Assembly: GCA_033763315.1 (NCBI GenBank)
Contig: JANRKS010000019.1
Span: 448,001-512,000 of the forward strand
Length of the DNA: 64,000 nucleotides
DNA from: Deltaproteobacteria bacterium
GTDB taxonomy: Bacteria; Myxococcota_A; Polyangia; Fen-1088
Direction: 5' to 3'
Shown here: positions 1 to 10,151 of the stretch, in pieces
How positions within the stretch are numbered: the first letter of the stretch is position 1
Layout: each line of letters starts with the position of its first letter
Position numbers and translations under genes: made by a program
The notes under the pieces: model-generated
Seen by the model: the letters and a program-made list of their open reading frames with translations, nothing else
The model's database searches: none
What the model was told of the DNA's origin: nothing

Positions 1-246
1 GTGTTGGACGGCGCGTTTGTCATCCGCGAGGACGGCGTGGTTTTGGCGGCGGGGCGATACCTCAACTTCGACGAACAAAACGTGCAGGTGCCGCTGGGGT
101 TGGGCGCTCGTCACATGGCTGCGGCCGGCATCAGCACACAGACCGAGGCCATTGCGGTGGCCGTATCGCAAACGTCGGGGGTCGTGCGCGTGTTCAAAAA
201 GGGGCGTGCCGTGCTGGAATTGGCGCCGCGCACCCGCCGCGGCTAA
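1..246 (+). CDS. Diadenylate cyclase (DisA_N/DAC) domain protein, 3' part; truncated by window edge
   Basis: DAC motifs DGA (LDGAFVI) and GxRHxAA (GLGARHMAAAGIS), followed by AVSQTSG. Confidence 0.8.
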   Translation: MLDGAFVIREDGVVLAAGRYLNFDEQNVQVPLGLGARHMAAAGISTQTEAIAVAVSQTSGVVRVFKKGRAVLELAPRTRRG

Positions 247-1889
247 GGCGCGGGCAGCACAACACGGAACAAGCCCGCTGGGTCCGTAACGGTTTCTGCG
301 CGCAGCACCGCCGGAGCGGTGAGAGGCCCTTCGTAGACCATCACGCGGCACGCGCCACACGGCGTTTGCAGTGGTGTGACGACCTTGCCTTGGGCGACAC
401 GACCGGACGGCAAGGTGAGGTTCAGCAACAACCCTTCGTTGCTTATCGTCGCGTTCCAAACCGTGAAGGGAATGGCTTCGCCTTGAGGAGGCCTCACCTC
501 CACGCGAAACACGCCTGCGTCCACTCGCAGGCGGAAGGCCCCCCCGGCGTCTGTGGTTGTAACCGCGTCGCCCAGCCAATGGGGAACCCCGCAGTCCATC
601 GTGCCCGGCAATGGCCCCAGTCGAACGGCAGTGACCACGGCGCCCCTCAACGGTGACAGGTCCGCTCGCTTCAACACGCCGGCCAAAGCGGGCCTTCGCG
701 GAAGTTCGAGGGCGGCCGTGGTGGGCACGTTCGTCGAGTCGGAGGCTGCAGGCCCCACGCCGAACGACCGCACGCACGACGACGCCGCCTCCGAACCGCT
801 GGGGCTCACCACCTGCACCGCGTATTGGCGTACGCCTTCGAGCGTCCCCGCAATGAGTGGGACATCGACCGTTCCATCAGCGCCTGCTTGAACGTCCTGC
901 CCGTAGCGGGCAGACACGCCGACGCCGGTAGAAGGCAGTTTGGTCTCAAAGCGCAGCAAAGCCGCCACAACCGGCGTGTACGCTCCCATCGAATCCACCG
1001 CGACGACTGGCACACGGAATAGTTGTGGCGTGGGATGCGCTGGGAACCGAAGAACGCCGGCGTCCGTGGCCGCGGGTGGGAGCGCGTAGAACAAACTGGG
1101 CGCGGGGCCTGTTCCTGGCAAACCTAACTGTAGCACGGCCGCATCGGTCGCAGGGTCGCTAGCCCGGGTAAATGTGACACGAAAACGGCCGTCGGCACCT
1201 ATCGGTGCCTTTGCGCTCACCAGCTGACCGTCGCGGAACACTTGCGCCACATAGCCGACCGCACTTTGGTCGAACTCTGTCCGAACGCTGCCTTCCACAA
1301 CACGAAGTTCCGCCAGTGGGGGCAACAAAAGTTCCATGCGCTCCTGCAGAGCCAAGGTGTGAGCCGAAGGGGGCGTCACGGTGTCAACCGGCGAGCGTGG
1401 CAGCACGACGACCGTCGCCACTTCTTGCGCCCGCGTTTGCGGCACAGACAAAGTAAACGCAGCGCCACCTCCCATCACCGCGATCGCTGCCACCGCGTTA
1501 AAGAGCAAAGGGGGGGCGCCTGGAACGAGCGAAGGCAGTTGTGCACTGACGGCCAATTCACCCTGCGAAAGCTGCGCGAACTGCGACGTCGGGGCGGCCT
1601 TCACTGTGCCCGACACGCTCAGCCTGGCCGACAGGGGCAAAGGCGTTACAGAACTTGCGCCAAACACCGCGTTGGGAAACTCGGTGATGGCCGCCTCCAA
1701 GCCCGGTGCGGGAAAGACCGCGACATGCAACAACCGCGGGCCCGGCTCCTTCGGCACACACGTTTTAGCCAAGCAGGTCTCGGAAACGGAACATTGGCTA
1801 TCACTGCCGCAACCGCCCGCCATCGGTTCCGTGTTGCAGGCACCAAGAGCCCAGACGCTGGCAGCGACCACAGCGCCCATCCCCTTCAT
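243..1889 (-). CDS. Putative lipoprotein with carboxypeptidase-regulatory-like beta-sandwich repeats
   Basis: Lipobox-like ALGAC, short Cys-rich segment (CGSDSQC...C...C) and repeated TDxxGxF strands; start at 1889 gives an ATGA overlap with the upstream gene. Confidence 0.6.
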   Translation of the reverse strand: MKGMGAVVAASVWALGACNTEPMAGGCGSDSQCSVSETCLAKTCVPKEPGPRLLHVAVFPAPGLEAAITEFPNAVFGASSVTPLPLSARLSVSGTVKAAPTSQFAQLSQGELAVSAQLPSLVPGAPPLLFNAVAAIAVMGGGAAFTLSVPQTRAQEVATVVVLPRSPVDTVTPPSAHTLALQERMELLLPPLAELRVVEGSVRTEFDQSAVGYVAQVFRDGQLVSAKAPIGADGRFRVTFTRASDPATDAAVLQLGLPGTGPAPSLFYALPPAATDAGVLRFPAHPTPQLFRVPVVAVDSMGAYTPVVAALLRFETKLPSTGVGVSARYGQDVQAGADGTVDVPLIAGTLEGVRQYAVQVVSPSGSEAASSCVRSFGVGPAASDSTNVPTTAALELPRRPALAGVLKRADLSPLRGAVVTAVRLGPLPGTMDCGVPHWLGDAVTTTDAGGAFRLRVDAGVFRVEVRPPQGEAIPFTVWNATISNEGLLLNLTLPSGRVAQGKVVTPLQTPCGACRVMVYEGPLTAPAVLRAETVTDPAGLFRVVLPAP

Positions 1890-2410
1890 TGACATGCTTT
1901 CTTCACGTTCCACGTCAACCGCAACACGCGCGCGGTTTCAGGCACCACATCAAACGGAAACTCTGAAGATGGAGATTCTTCAAACCCCCGATCGGAAACC
2001 ACCAACATCGCACGGTGCTCTGATCCGCCCACGAGATCGCGAAAACAGATGGGCTTGAACCTAACCACGCGCGTGCGCACTTCCGCGCCGCCCGCAGAGG
2101 GTTCCAAGATCTCACCATCGAACCGTCGGCTCACCAGCCTGGAATAGGGCGGATAGTTAAATAGCCACCGCAGTGACAAGCGATCTTGTGGATTCGGATC
2201 CGCAAGCGTCACCACGATCTCATCGTTTTCGCCCACTGGGGATCCAATGGGTGGCGACACGTTCACCACGTACGGCGAAAGGTTTGGCTCAGGATCCTGG
2301 AACTCAGGCGACACGGGAAGAATGCAGGCGCAAGGCATCAACGCCACGGCCAACGTCACGGCCCAACGTCGCCAGCGAACCACCTTTGATGTGCCGCCCA
2401 AAAACTGCAC
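1886..2410 (-). CDS. Putative lipoprotein, unknown function
   Basis: Basic N-terminus, hydrophobic stretch and PCAC; co-oriented and overlapping with the downstream gene. Confidence 0.55.
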   Translation of the reverse strand: MQFLGGTSKVVRWRRWAVTLAVALMPCACILPVSPEFQDPEPNLSPYVVNVSPPIGSPVGENDEIVVTLADPNPQDRLSLRWLFNYPPYSRLVSRRFDGEILEPSAGGAEVRTRVVRFKPICFRDLVGGSEHRAMLVVSDRGFEESPSSEFPFDVVPETARVLRLTWNVKKACQ

Positions 2411-2435
2411 CGCTCACATCTTAACGCGAACGCCG

Positions 2436-4265
2436 CTATCGATCCCAGGCTTCGTCCGAAGCATTTTCGCCGCCCGCGGGCAGCGGCCCGTCTTCCTTTT
2501 CCAGGTGACGGAAAATGGTGCGCGGATCCACGCCCAGATCGCGCGCGGTCTTCGTGCGGTTGCCATCGTTGAGCGCCAAGATCTCGTTGATGTACTCGCG
2601 CTGGAATTTTTCCTTGGCCTCGTTCAAAGGCAGGATAGGGGGCAGATCCGTCGGCAGAAGCCCCAGATCTTCGGGACCCAGCAGTGCCTTGTCGGCCAGC
2701 ACCACCGCTTTTTTGATCCGGTTTTCAAGCTCCCGGATGTTGCCCGGCCAGTTGTGCCGCTTCAGCGAAGCGATGGCACCAGGTGAATAACCCTTCACCT
2801 TGCTGCCGTATTCGGGCGCATACCTGCCGAGCATGTAGCGAGCCAGCATGACTATGTCTTCGCCACGCTCGCGCAGCGCCGGCAGGTGCAACTGCACCAC
2901 GTTCAGACGGTAATACAGATCCTCCCGGAACCGGCCGTTGCGTATCTCTTCTTCGAGGTTGCGGTGGGTGGCCGCGATGACTCGGATGTCGACCTGCTCT
3001 TGTTTGTTGTCACCCACGCGGGTCACAACCCGCTCCTGCAACGCGCGCAGGATCTTCACCTGCAGCGACATCGGCATCTCGCCAATCTCATCCAGGAACA
3101 ACGTGCCGCCGTTGGCCGATTGAAAGCGGCCCACCTTATTGGTCACGGCACCCGTAAAGGCGCCTCTGACATAACCGAACAGTTCCGACTCCAGCAGGTT
3201 TTCGGGAATGGCACCGCAATTGATGGTAACGAAGGGCCCCTTGGCGCGCGCCGATCGGTTGTGAAGCTCGTGCGCGATGAGCTCCTTGCCCGTGCCCGTT
3301 TCGCCCGTGACCAACACCGAAATGTCGGTGGCCGAGACTTTCTGTACCTTCCGAAACACCTCTTGCATCGGTGGGCAAGAGCCCACGATCTCGCCAAAGC
3401 GCATGCGCTCCAGGTGTTCCAGCAACGAACGTTTGTCGAGGCTCAGTTCGTTCACCATCAAGGCGTTGCGAATGATGAGCGACGCCTGTGCCGCGAAGAT
3501 CGAGAGCAGTTCAAGATGCGTGTCATCGAACAAGCGGGCGACGTTGTCGTTGCCCACGTAGATCACGCCCAGCAAGTCGCCACGCTCCAGCATCGGCACG
3601 CACATCACCGAAGTCAGCTTCAGGTTCACCACCGAAGCGGCCGTGCGGAAGCTGTCGTCGTTGAGCGCATCTGAAACGATGATGGCCTTCTTCGTTTCCA
3701 CCACCTTGGCCAAGATGGAATCCGAAAGGTGGCTAATCGCGTTCGCGATGCTTTCGCGCCGCAGGTTGCGCGCCACCTTCACCACGGGCTCGCCTGATTC
3801 CACCAGCACGATGAAGCCTTTGTCAGCGTTGCTGACTTGAATCACCATGTCGATCAGCGATTCCAGCAGCGCGGGTACCTCATAGTTGCCCATCAACTGT
3901 TGAGAAAACTCGAACAGTTTCTTGTATGAGTTCAGCTCGGCAATCGTTTTTGCAGCCACGTCGTCGGAAACGGGGGTGTCGTAAAGCGAGAACTCGAGCT
4001 CGGCTGGCCCCATCCGCACGCGATCCTCGTGTGCCAAACGATGCTTGGTGCGCTTGCGGCCGTTGACGAACATCTCGGCGCCGCGCTCAAGCACCGCCAA
4101 GTGAAAGTCGCGCCCGTCAAAGTTGATGTGGGCGTGGGTATCACCCAGCAGGGGATCGGGCAACACCACGTCGCAGTCCTCGCCCCGCCCTAAGGACGTG
4201 AGCTTCTTATAGATGTGATAGACCTTGACGCCTGACGCGGGCAGATGAATTTTCAGCGTTGCCAT
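2436..4265 (-). CDS. Sigma54-dependent enhancer-binding protein with FHA, GAF, AAA+ and Fis-HTH domains
   Basis: FHA (LGRGEDCDVVL...HAHI), GAF, Walker A GETGTGKE, GAFTGA, Walker B FLDEIGE, FREDLYYRL, WPGNIREL and C-terminal HTH. Confidence 0.93.
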   Translation of the reverse strand: MATLKIHLPASGVKVYHIYKKLTSLGRGEDCDVVLPDPLLGDTHAHINFDGRDFHLAVLERGAEMFVNGRKRTKHRLAHEDRVRMGPAELEFSLYDTPVSDDVAAKTIAELNSYKKLFEFSQQLMGNYEVPALLESLIDMVIQVSNADKGFIVLVESGEPVVKVARNLRRESIANAISHLSDSILAKVVETKKAIIVSDALNDDSFRTAASVVNLKLTSVMCVPMLERGDLLGVIYVGNDNVARLFDDTHLELLSIFAAQASLIIRNALMVNELSLDKRSLLEHLERMRFGEIVGSCPPMQEVFRKVQKVSATDISVLVTGETGTGKELIAHELHNRSARAKGPFVTINCGAIPENLLESELFGYVRGAFTGAVTNKVGRFQSANGGTLFLDEIGEMPMSLQVKILRALQERVVTRVGDNKQEQVDIRVIAATHRNLEEEIRNGRFREDLYYRLNVVQLHLPALRERGEDIVMLARYMLGRYAPEYGSKVKGYSPGAIASLKRHNWPGNIRELENRIKKAVVLADKALLGPEDLGLLPTDLPPILPLNEAKEKFQREYINEILALNDGNRTKTARDLGVDPRTIFRHLEKEDGPLPAGGENASDEAWDR

Positions 4266-4352
4266 TGTTCTTCCGTGCCGTTGCCTGTCTATAGCGCAGA
4301 GCGCCGATAGGCAACCCCAAGTAGTATCACGGCTTGCAGGCCACAGGGCTAG

Positions 4353-5402
4353 TCAGAACCGCAAAGCCAAGCCTGCGCCCAGGCGGTCGCCGACCATCGC
4401 TGGGAACAATGACACCTTGACGCCCTCGTGTGGCAGCGGCTTGGTGCCAGAAACGGGCACCAAACGAGGCGAGCCGATCATCACGACGTCCTCGTAGTGC
4501 AACAAAGCGTCCACCACGCCCCAGGTGGCAACGGCGAAAAAAAGGCCCCCCGAGACAAGCTGCACGTTCAACAACAGCGCCGAACGTTTCTCGGCCGTGC
4601 GATCCACGTCCTCGGACGCACAATCGCCCGAGGCGCCGCCCGTCACCGCGGGAGTTTTCTTGCACCGCAACGTGTAGTTGGTGCCATACAATAAGAAGTT
4701 CGTGGTGAAGGCCGCCAGTGACACGGCGGCCAGGGCTGATTCCGCCCCCATGAACATCCATCCCTTGCTGGCCTGCCCGTTTTGAAACTGGCCCGCACCG
4801 AAGGGAATGAGCGCCACGGCCAAAGAGTGCCGCTGGTAGTTGCGCTCAAGGATCTGTTGCGGCCGCGGCTTCACCCGCTGGGCCTCCGCCTTCTCAGCCT
4901 CATGGCGCCGCCGCTCAAGGGACGCGATCTGCGCCTCTTGGTCGCGCAAAATCTCGTTGAAGAAGTCGACCACCCGGGGCGGGTCAAGCAGCGGATCGAA
5001 ACGATAATCAGGGCGCAATTCCAGCAAGCGCAGGAACTCTTGGCGGGCTTCGGTCGGCTGGTTCTCAAAGAGGTGCGCCACGCCCAACATGCGGTGCGAC
5101 CGCACCACCTGGCTCTCCTCGTCGAAACGGATGTCGGGGTAGAGCATCGGCCGCAGCAGCTCGATCGCGCGGGCGTATTCGCCGCGATCAAAAGCGATGC
5201 GGCCGCGTTCAAAGGTTTCGGCCGCGGTTGCAATGGGCGGTCGATCTGGCGCCAGCGTGGGTTCGGGCTCAGGCGGCGGGGGCGTCTGCACACGGGCCGG
5301 CTTTGGCTTGGGCTTCGGCGCCGGAGCCGCGCGCGCGTGTTCAACCCAAATCAGGGTACACAAGGCACACGTGGCAAGGCAGCACGAAAGGGACGGACGC
5401 AT
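4353..5402 (-). CDS. Secreted tetratricopeptide-repeat protein with hydrophobic C-terminal domain
   Basis: Signal peptide, Pro-rich linker, TPR-like helices (AFDRGEYARAIELL), PFGAGQFQNG segment and C-terminal ...LALRF. Confidence 0.7.
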   Translation of the reverse strand: MRPSLSCCLATCALCTLIWVEHARAAPAPKPKPKPARVQTPPPPEPEPTLAPDRPPIATAAETFERGRIAFDRGEYARAIELLRPMLYPDIRFDEESQVVRSHRMLGVAHLFENQPTEARQEFLRLLELRPDYRFDPLLDPPRVVDFFNEILRDQEAQIASLERRRHEAEKAEAQRVKPRPQQILERNYQRHSLAVALIPFGAGQFQNGQASKGWMFMGAESALAAVSLAAFTTNFLLYGTNYTLRCKKTPAVTGGASGDCASEDVDRTAEKRSALLLNVQLVSGGLFFAVATWGVVDALLHYEDVVMIGSPRLVPVSGTKPLPHEGVKVSLFPAMVGDRLGAGLALRF

Positions 5403-5423
5403 CAGAATCTGGGTTTGCGGCGC

Positions 5424-7271
5424 TTAGGGCAGCTCAACGGTAATGGTTTTGGCTTCACCGGGCGTGACGTTGAGCTCCTGCATCACGGGACGATTCCTCT
5501 CATCCACCACTGTAACAATCAAACTCTTTCTCAAATCATCGTCTGCGAAAAACGGCACGCGCACAAGTTGCCCTGGCACGGCCGCGAACTGCCATTTGGA
5601 GGTCCCCCCGACGCTGCTCAAAAGCACGCTCGCTTTGCTGCCGGCCGGGGTCACTTTCACGATCAACGCGGCTGGCTGGCCCTGCAGGCGTGCTGTGATG
5701 TGATCGTTCACCGGGCGATACTTGTTCGGACCCACGGTCACCCTTGCCGCATAAAAACCATCTTTGCGAAATTCAATGATGTGTTCGCCGTCCCATGGCA
5801 CTGAAAGCTGGTGGTTCTCGGGGCCGTAATCGAACTGTTTCACGCCGTCCAAGAAAACGGCCACGGCTTGGGGGTTGGGCCCCAAGGTGAAACGCACCGG
5901 CGGTGCAAGCGCGGGCGCCACAGGAGGCTCCGTCACAACCGCCGGCTCGGGCACCGAATGGACCGCGGTGCGTGTTCTCTTCGGAGAGCCTACGGGTGCC
6001 AAAGCGATCGGTGAGGGCGAGGGCGCCGCCGGCTCGGTGCGCGGGGGCAACGCCGCCGCGACTTCAGTTTTTGGCGGCGCAGTGTTGTTTGGCACGGTCT
6101 GCTGGCTGGCAGCCCCCGTGACGACTTTTGTTGGAAGAGGGTCGGGCACCAGCCGGAACACCAACGCGGTTCCCGACACCAAAACAGCCGTCGCAAACAC
6201 GCCCACCAAGGTACGACGCAGCCGCTGCCCCCGTTCAAGGGCACGCACAGCCGTCAACGCCGCCGGGTAATGCGGGTCCAGCGCCAGGGCACGATTCCAC
6301 AATTCGATCGCCAAAGCCGTGCGCTTGTTGCCCAATGCGGTTTTGCCCGCCTCCGTCAACGTGGCCAGCATGCGGGGTTTCAAATCCGCCGCGTAAATTT
6401 CAGGGGCGGCGAAGAACTTATGCAGTTCCTGGCGCGGGTCGACCAAGCCAGCCTGGGCCACGTACTCGCGCAGATCGTCGGCCAACGCTTTGGCTGTGGG
6501 GTAACGGTCGTCCGGCTCCCTGGCCAAGGCGCGGGAAATGATTTTGGTCAGCTGTGCGCCGATCAGCTGGTTTTTGCTGCGTGGATCCGGATAACGCGCA
6601 TCGGTGATGCGCTTGAACACCTCGTGCGGGTTTCGGCCGGCAAAGGGCAGGGCGCCCGTCGCCAGCTGGTACAGAATAATCCCCAAGGCAAAGACGTCGG
6701 TACGCACGTCCACTGAGCGACCTTCGATAAGTTCGGGGGCCATGTACGCGGGCGAGCCGATCAACTGGCCCGTCACGGTCATACGCTCCATGTCCATCAC
6801 TTGGGCAACACCAAAGTCCATCAGCTTCAGCAAGCCGTCTCGCCGAACCATGATGTTCTCGGGCTTGATGTCTCGGTGAAGGATCCCAAGGCCGTGCGCG
6901 TGGGCCAGGGCGTTCGCCACCTCGATGACCATCATCGCCGCCAGTTCGGGGTAAACCAGATGGCGGTCTGTGAGCCATTGTTTGAGGGTGAGCCCTTCGA
7001 TGAACTCGGTGACGATGTAAGCCGAAGCCGAGTCGGGGCCCGAGTAGTCGAAGATCTGCACGATGTTCTCGTGCTGCAACTTCGCCACCGCCTGTGCCTC
7101 GCGCCGCAGACGCGCTTTTGATTCGGCCTCGGCGAGCAAATGGCTGTGCAGCACCTTCACCGCGACGTCGCGCTGAAGGCTTTCGTCGCGCGCTCGATAC
7201 ACGACGGCCATACCGCCTTGGCCAACTTCTTCAAGGACGCGGTAGCGAGAGGGGATCTCCGCGGGAAGCAA
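5424..7271 (-). CDS. Hanks-type Ser/Thr protein kinase with one TM helix and an extracytoplasmic PEGA-like region
   Basis: GQGGMAVVY, VAVK, HRDIKPEN, DFG and YMAPE all intact; TM helix then Pro-rich linker. Confidence 0.93.
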   Translation of the reverse strand: MLPAEIPSRYRVLEEVGQGGMAVVYRARDESLQRDVAVKVLHSHLLAEAESKARLRREAQAVAKLQHENIVQIFDYSGPDSASAYIVTEFIEGLTLKQWLTDRHLVYPELAAMMVIEVANALAHAHGLGILHRDIKPENIMVRRDGLLKLMDFGVAQVMDMERMTVTGQLIGSPAYMAPELIEGRSVDVRTDVFALGIILYQLATGALPFAGRNPHEVFKRITDARYPDPRSKNQLIGAQLTKIISRALAREPDDRYPTAKALADDLREYVAQAGLVDPRQELHKFFAAPEIYAADLKPRMLATLTEAGKTALGNKRTALAIELWNRALALDPHYPAALTAVRALERGQRLRRTLVGVFATAVLVSGTALVFRLVPDPLPTKVVTGAASQQTVPNNTAPPKTEVAAALPPRTEPAAPSPSPIALAPVGSPKRTRTAVHSVPEPAVVTEPPVAPALAPPVRFTLGPNPQAVAVFLDGVKQFDYGPENHQLSVPWDGEHIIEFRKDGFYAARVTVGPNKYRPVNDHITARLQGQPAALIVKVTPAGSKASVLLSSVGGTSKWQFAAVPGQLVRVPFFADDDLRKSLIVTVVDERNRPVMQELNVTPGEAKTITVELP

Positions 7272-7404
7272 CGGTCGAATCCTAGTCCTGAACGGATGTC
7301 AAAGCGACCGAAATTCCCGGTCTCGCAAAAGGCCCGCAGCCTGATTGTGCCAGGAACACCGCCCCGGCTAGCCCCATCCTCGCTTTCGTCCTAAGCTCTA
7401 GCCG

Positions 7405-8205
7405 GTGCCCGGCACAGACAACAGCGGCGTTTCGCGTCGCCTGCTCTTGCGTCGCCGTGTCTCCCGGCGGGTCAAGCCTTGGGCGGCAGGCGCATTGGTG
7501 TCGGGCGCTGTGTTGGCGGCGGTCCTCACCATGGGCGCCACGCACGCCCCCCGTTGGGAATCGGTGGGTCCGGGCATTGAGCACCGGTTCTTGGACGCCA
7601 GGGACGTTCAGGCCGATCTTGTGCGGTTCGACCTTGAGAGGTTCAATCCCACGCTTGAAATCCCAGGCGCGGCCGGCCCTTTGACGGCGGCGGGCCTAGC
7701 CAAAAGCCACAATGTTGTGGCGGCGATCAACGGGGGCTTCTTCGATCCGCAGTGGCGTCCGCTGGGGCTTCGCGTGTCACAGGGCCACGTGCGATCACCG
7801 CTCCGCTCGCGCGCCGATTGGGGCGTCTTTTTCACGCGAGCTGGTCGCGCTCGCATCGTCCACACCAGTGAATACGAGCCGCACCCCGCAGATGAAACGG
7901 CAATCCAAGTCGGGCCGCGGCTGCTTATTGATGGTGCGGCTGTGAAGTTGAAACCGCAGGTGGCATACCGCAGCGCCTTGGCCGTGGGCCACGAGGGACG
8001 TCAGTTGACGTTGGTCTCCACGGCGGTGCCGGTGGACGCCAACGCCTTAGCGCATGCCCTTGAACGGTTGGGCGAATTTGATTCCGCCCTATTGCTCGAC
8101 GGCGGACCGTCCGCGCAGTTGTTTGTGCAGACGGGAACGTTCGCCATCGATCGCCCCGGCGCCTATGGGGTGCCCGACTTGTTGGTGATGCAGCCCCGCC
8201 ATTAG
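7405..8205 (+). CDS. Phosphodiester glycosidase (NAGPA-like) family protein
   Basis: AAINGGFF, QVGPRL, RSALAV and LLLDGGPS motifs. Confidence 0.8.
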   Translation: MPGTDNSGVSRRLLLRRRVSRRVKPWAAGALVSGAVLAAVLTMGATHAPRWESVGPGIEHRFLDARDVQADLVRFDLERFNPTLEIPGAAGPLTAAGLAKSHNVVAAINGGFFDPQWRPLGLRVSQGHVRSPLRSRADWGVFFTRAGRARIVHTSEYEPHPADETAIQVGPRLLIDGAAVKLKPQVAYRSALAVGHEGRQLTLVSTAVPVDANALAHALERLGEFDSALLLDGGPSAQLFVQTGTFAIDRPGAYGVPDLLVMQPRH

Positions 8206-9320
8206 GGGTGCGCGTTGTTCAAGTGTTCACGCAGCAGATCGCGGCCAAAATCTCCGTTGAAGTCGCGCCAAATGGTGTGCACGTGGTTGGCGCCATTTTG
8301 GGTGTTGTCGTATTCCACCAAGAACGTGGGGCCACTGATGCGGTAATAGTGCGGATCCCCGCGCTTGATGCCGCCGGCCCAACCGAACCGCAGTTTGTCG
8401 GCACCTGCCGCTTTGACCTTTGCCAAACGTTCGGCAGCCAAAGCCGGATTCAGCGTGCCCGCAAAGACACCAAGCAGTGCCACGAGGGTGCTCTTGTGTT
8501 TCGCATCCAGTGAAGCCGCACTGATGCCAACTTCGGGCAGGGGCTTCACTTCGCTGGCGGGGCCGGTCACAATTTCGGGCGGCGCCGTTTGATCGAAGAT
8601 GGCCTTCGCGCGCAGCTCGTCTGAAAGCGACATCAAGAACTTGCGCCCCTCGTCCTCCTCGGTGCCAAGCGCGCGTGTGCCTTTCATCGGCCCCTCACGC
8701 ACCTCACCGGGGTTGGCGCCCAAGAACGACGGCGACGTGGCCACGAGGTGCCCGTTAACGATCGTAAAGTTCAATGAGATGTGATGCCCTTCGACCTTCC
8801 ATCCCCAGTTACCGGCGGGCGTGGGCGTGCCGAATACCGAGAACCAATATTTCTCCGGGTCGCGCTTGATGGGATCCTTCTCCATATCCCGCAACACTGT
8901 CTCAAGCGTCATAATGAGCTTCGCTTTCGCGTAGCCGGGAACGCTGAGGCCTGTCTTCAATAAGGCATGTGCGAGCGTGCGTTGCTGGGGCGACATGGCC
9001 TTGATCGGCAGGCCCGTGCGGTCCTTCGGAATGAAATGCCACTCTGTCCGTCCCGGAACATCGAAGGCAAACACCGCGCGCGCTTTTTCTTCGGCCGACA
9101 ACGCCGCAACGAAATTATCCGCTGCCTTCGCCATCGCGGCGGCGGGTCCGGCGGGGCCGCGTGCGATCACCCAAGCCGCTGACAGTGCCGTGGCGAAGAA
9201 GCCCATAAGGCCGACCAAGCCCAACGCCAACCAACCCCGGTGGGGCGACACAAACCAACCCCGGTGGGGAATCACACCTGACATGCGCATAAGAGGACTC
9301 AACGGCTTTTCGGCCCGCAC
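8202..9320 (-). CDS. DUF3500 domain secreted protein (start uncertain, possibly 9290 or 9284)
   Basis: WHFIP, WGWKVEGHHISLNF, PSFLGANP, YYRISGP and HVHTIWRD motifs. Confidence 0.8.
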   Translation of the reverse strand: MRAEKPLSPLMRMSGVIPHRGWFVSPHRGWLALGLVGLMGFFATALSAAWVIARGPAGPAAAMAKAADNFVAALSAEEKARAVFAFDVPGRTEWHFIPKDRTGLPIKAMSPQQRTLAHALLKTGLSVPGYAKAKLIMTLETVLRDMEKDPIKRDPEKYWFSVFGTPTPAGNWGWKVEGHHISLNFTIVNGHLVATSPSFLGANPGEVREGPMKGTRALGTEEDEGRKFLMSLSDELRAKAIFDQTAPPEIVTGPASEVKPLPEVGISAASLDAKHKSTLVALLGVFAGTLNPALAAERLAKVKAAGADKLRFGWAGGIKRGDPHYYRISGPTFLVEYDNTQNGANHVHTIWRDFNGDFGRDLLREHLNNAHP

Positions 9321-9416
9321 GTCAACCGCCCGACGCGCGGGAGGCCAAAGTCACGTGGCCCAACGCACGCAGGTGATACCGCGCAACTTTGTTGTCTTGG
9401 CCGCGATAACGGGATC

Positions 9417-10151
9417 ATGACCGCCTTGCAATGGCTCAAACTGCAAAGCCGCGAGCTGCTTTGGCCCTCGCGCTGTGCCGCATGCGACGCCTTCGTCGCT
9501 CCTGACGTGGCCTTCTGTGCCGCTTGTGAGCCGTCGATCACCGCCCTGGGGCAAGCATGCACGCTGTGTGCGATGCCCAGATCTGCATTGGGTGAAGGCG
9601 AGGGCGAGGGGCCTTGCCAGCGGTGCCAACGCCAGCCGTGGCGCTTCGCATCCGTGCGGGCCGCTGTTTTGTATGGCGGCGCCATCAGCACCGCCCTTGT
9701 GCGCTTTAAGCACGGTCGCCAAGACCTGGTGCATGCGTTGGCCCCACTGGTGTGGGCTGGTTTGGCAGCCACGCCGGATTTGGCGGAGGCCCTGATCGTG
9801 CCTGTGCCTTTGCACCCTCGACGTTTGCGACAACGCGGGTTCAATCAGGCCTTCGATTTGGCCCGCGCCGCCACAGAGCAAGCGGCTGCCGGTTTGCGCC
9901 TGGCGCTTGCCCCTTTGTGCATGCGGCGTCTCACCGACGGTCTGCACGTGGCCCAAGAAACGGCGGCCGCGCGACGGGCGCGAGCGCAAGGTGCTTTTGC
10001 GGTCGCACAGCCCAGGCGCGTCGCTGGGCGTCCCGTCATATTGGTCGACGATGTCCTCACGACGGGCGCCACCAGTGGCGCTTGTGCCGAAGCCCTGCTG
10101 GCTGCGGGCGCCACATCGGTCAGCCTCGTGGTGGCCGCCCGCACCGTCTAA
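9417..10151 (+). CDS. comF: ComF family protein (zinc ribbons plus PRTase domain)
   Basis: Four CxxC pairs, VPVPLH, RGFNQA and LVDDVLTTGAT. Confidence 0.88.
   Translation: MTALQWLKLQSRELLWPSRCAACDAFVAPDVAFCAACEPSITALGQACTLCAMPRSALGEGEGEGPCQRCQRQPWRFASVRAAVLYGGAISTALVRFKHGRQDLVHALAPLVWAGLAATPDLAEALIVPVPLHPRRLRQRGFNQAFDLARAATEQAAAGLRLALAPLCMRRLTDGLHVAQETAAARRARAQGAFAVAQPRRVAGRPVILVDDVLTTGATSGACAEALLAAGATSVSLVVAARTV

Noticed and set aside
7330-7355. Possible sigma54 promoter (TGGCAC on the minus strand) upstream of the kinase operon
   Set aside because: The required GC is not at the GG-N10-GC position.
9229-9269. 17-bp direct repeat AACCAACCCCGGTGGGG at a 24-bp period
   Set aside because: An in-frame micro-duplication (PHRGW twice) in a signal-peptide region; probably neutral slippage.
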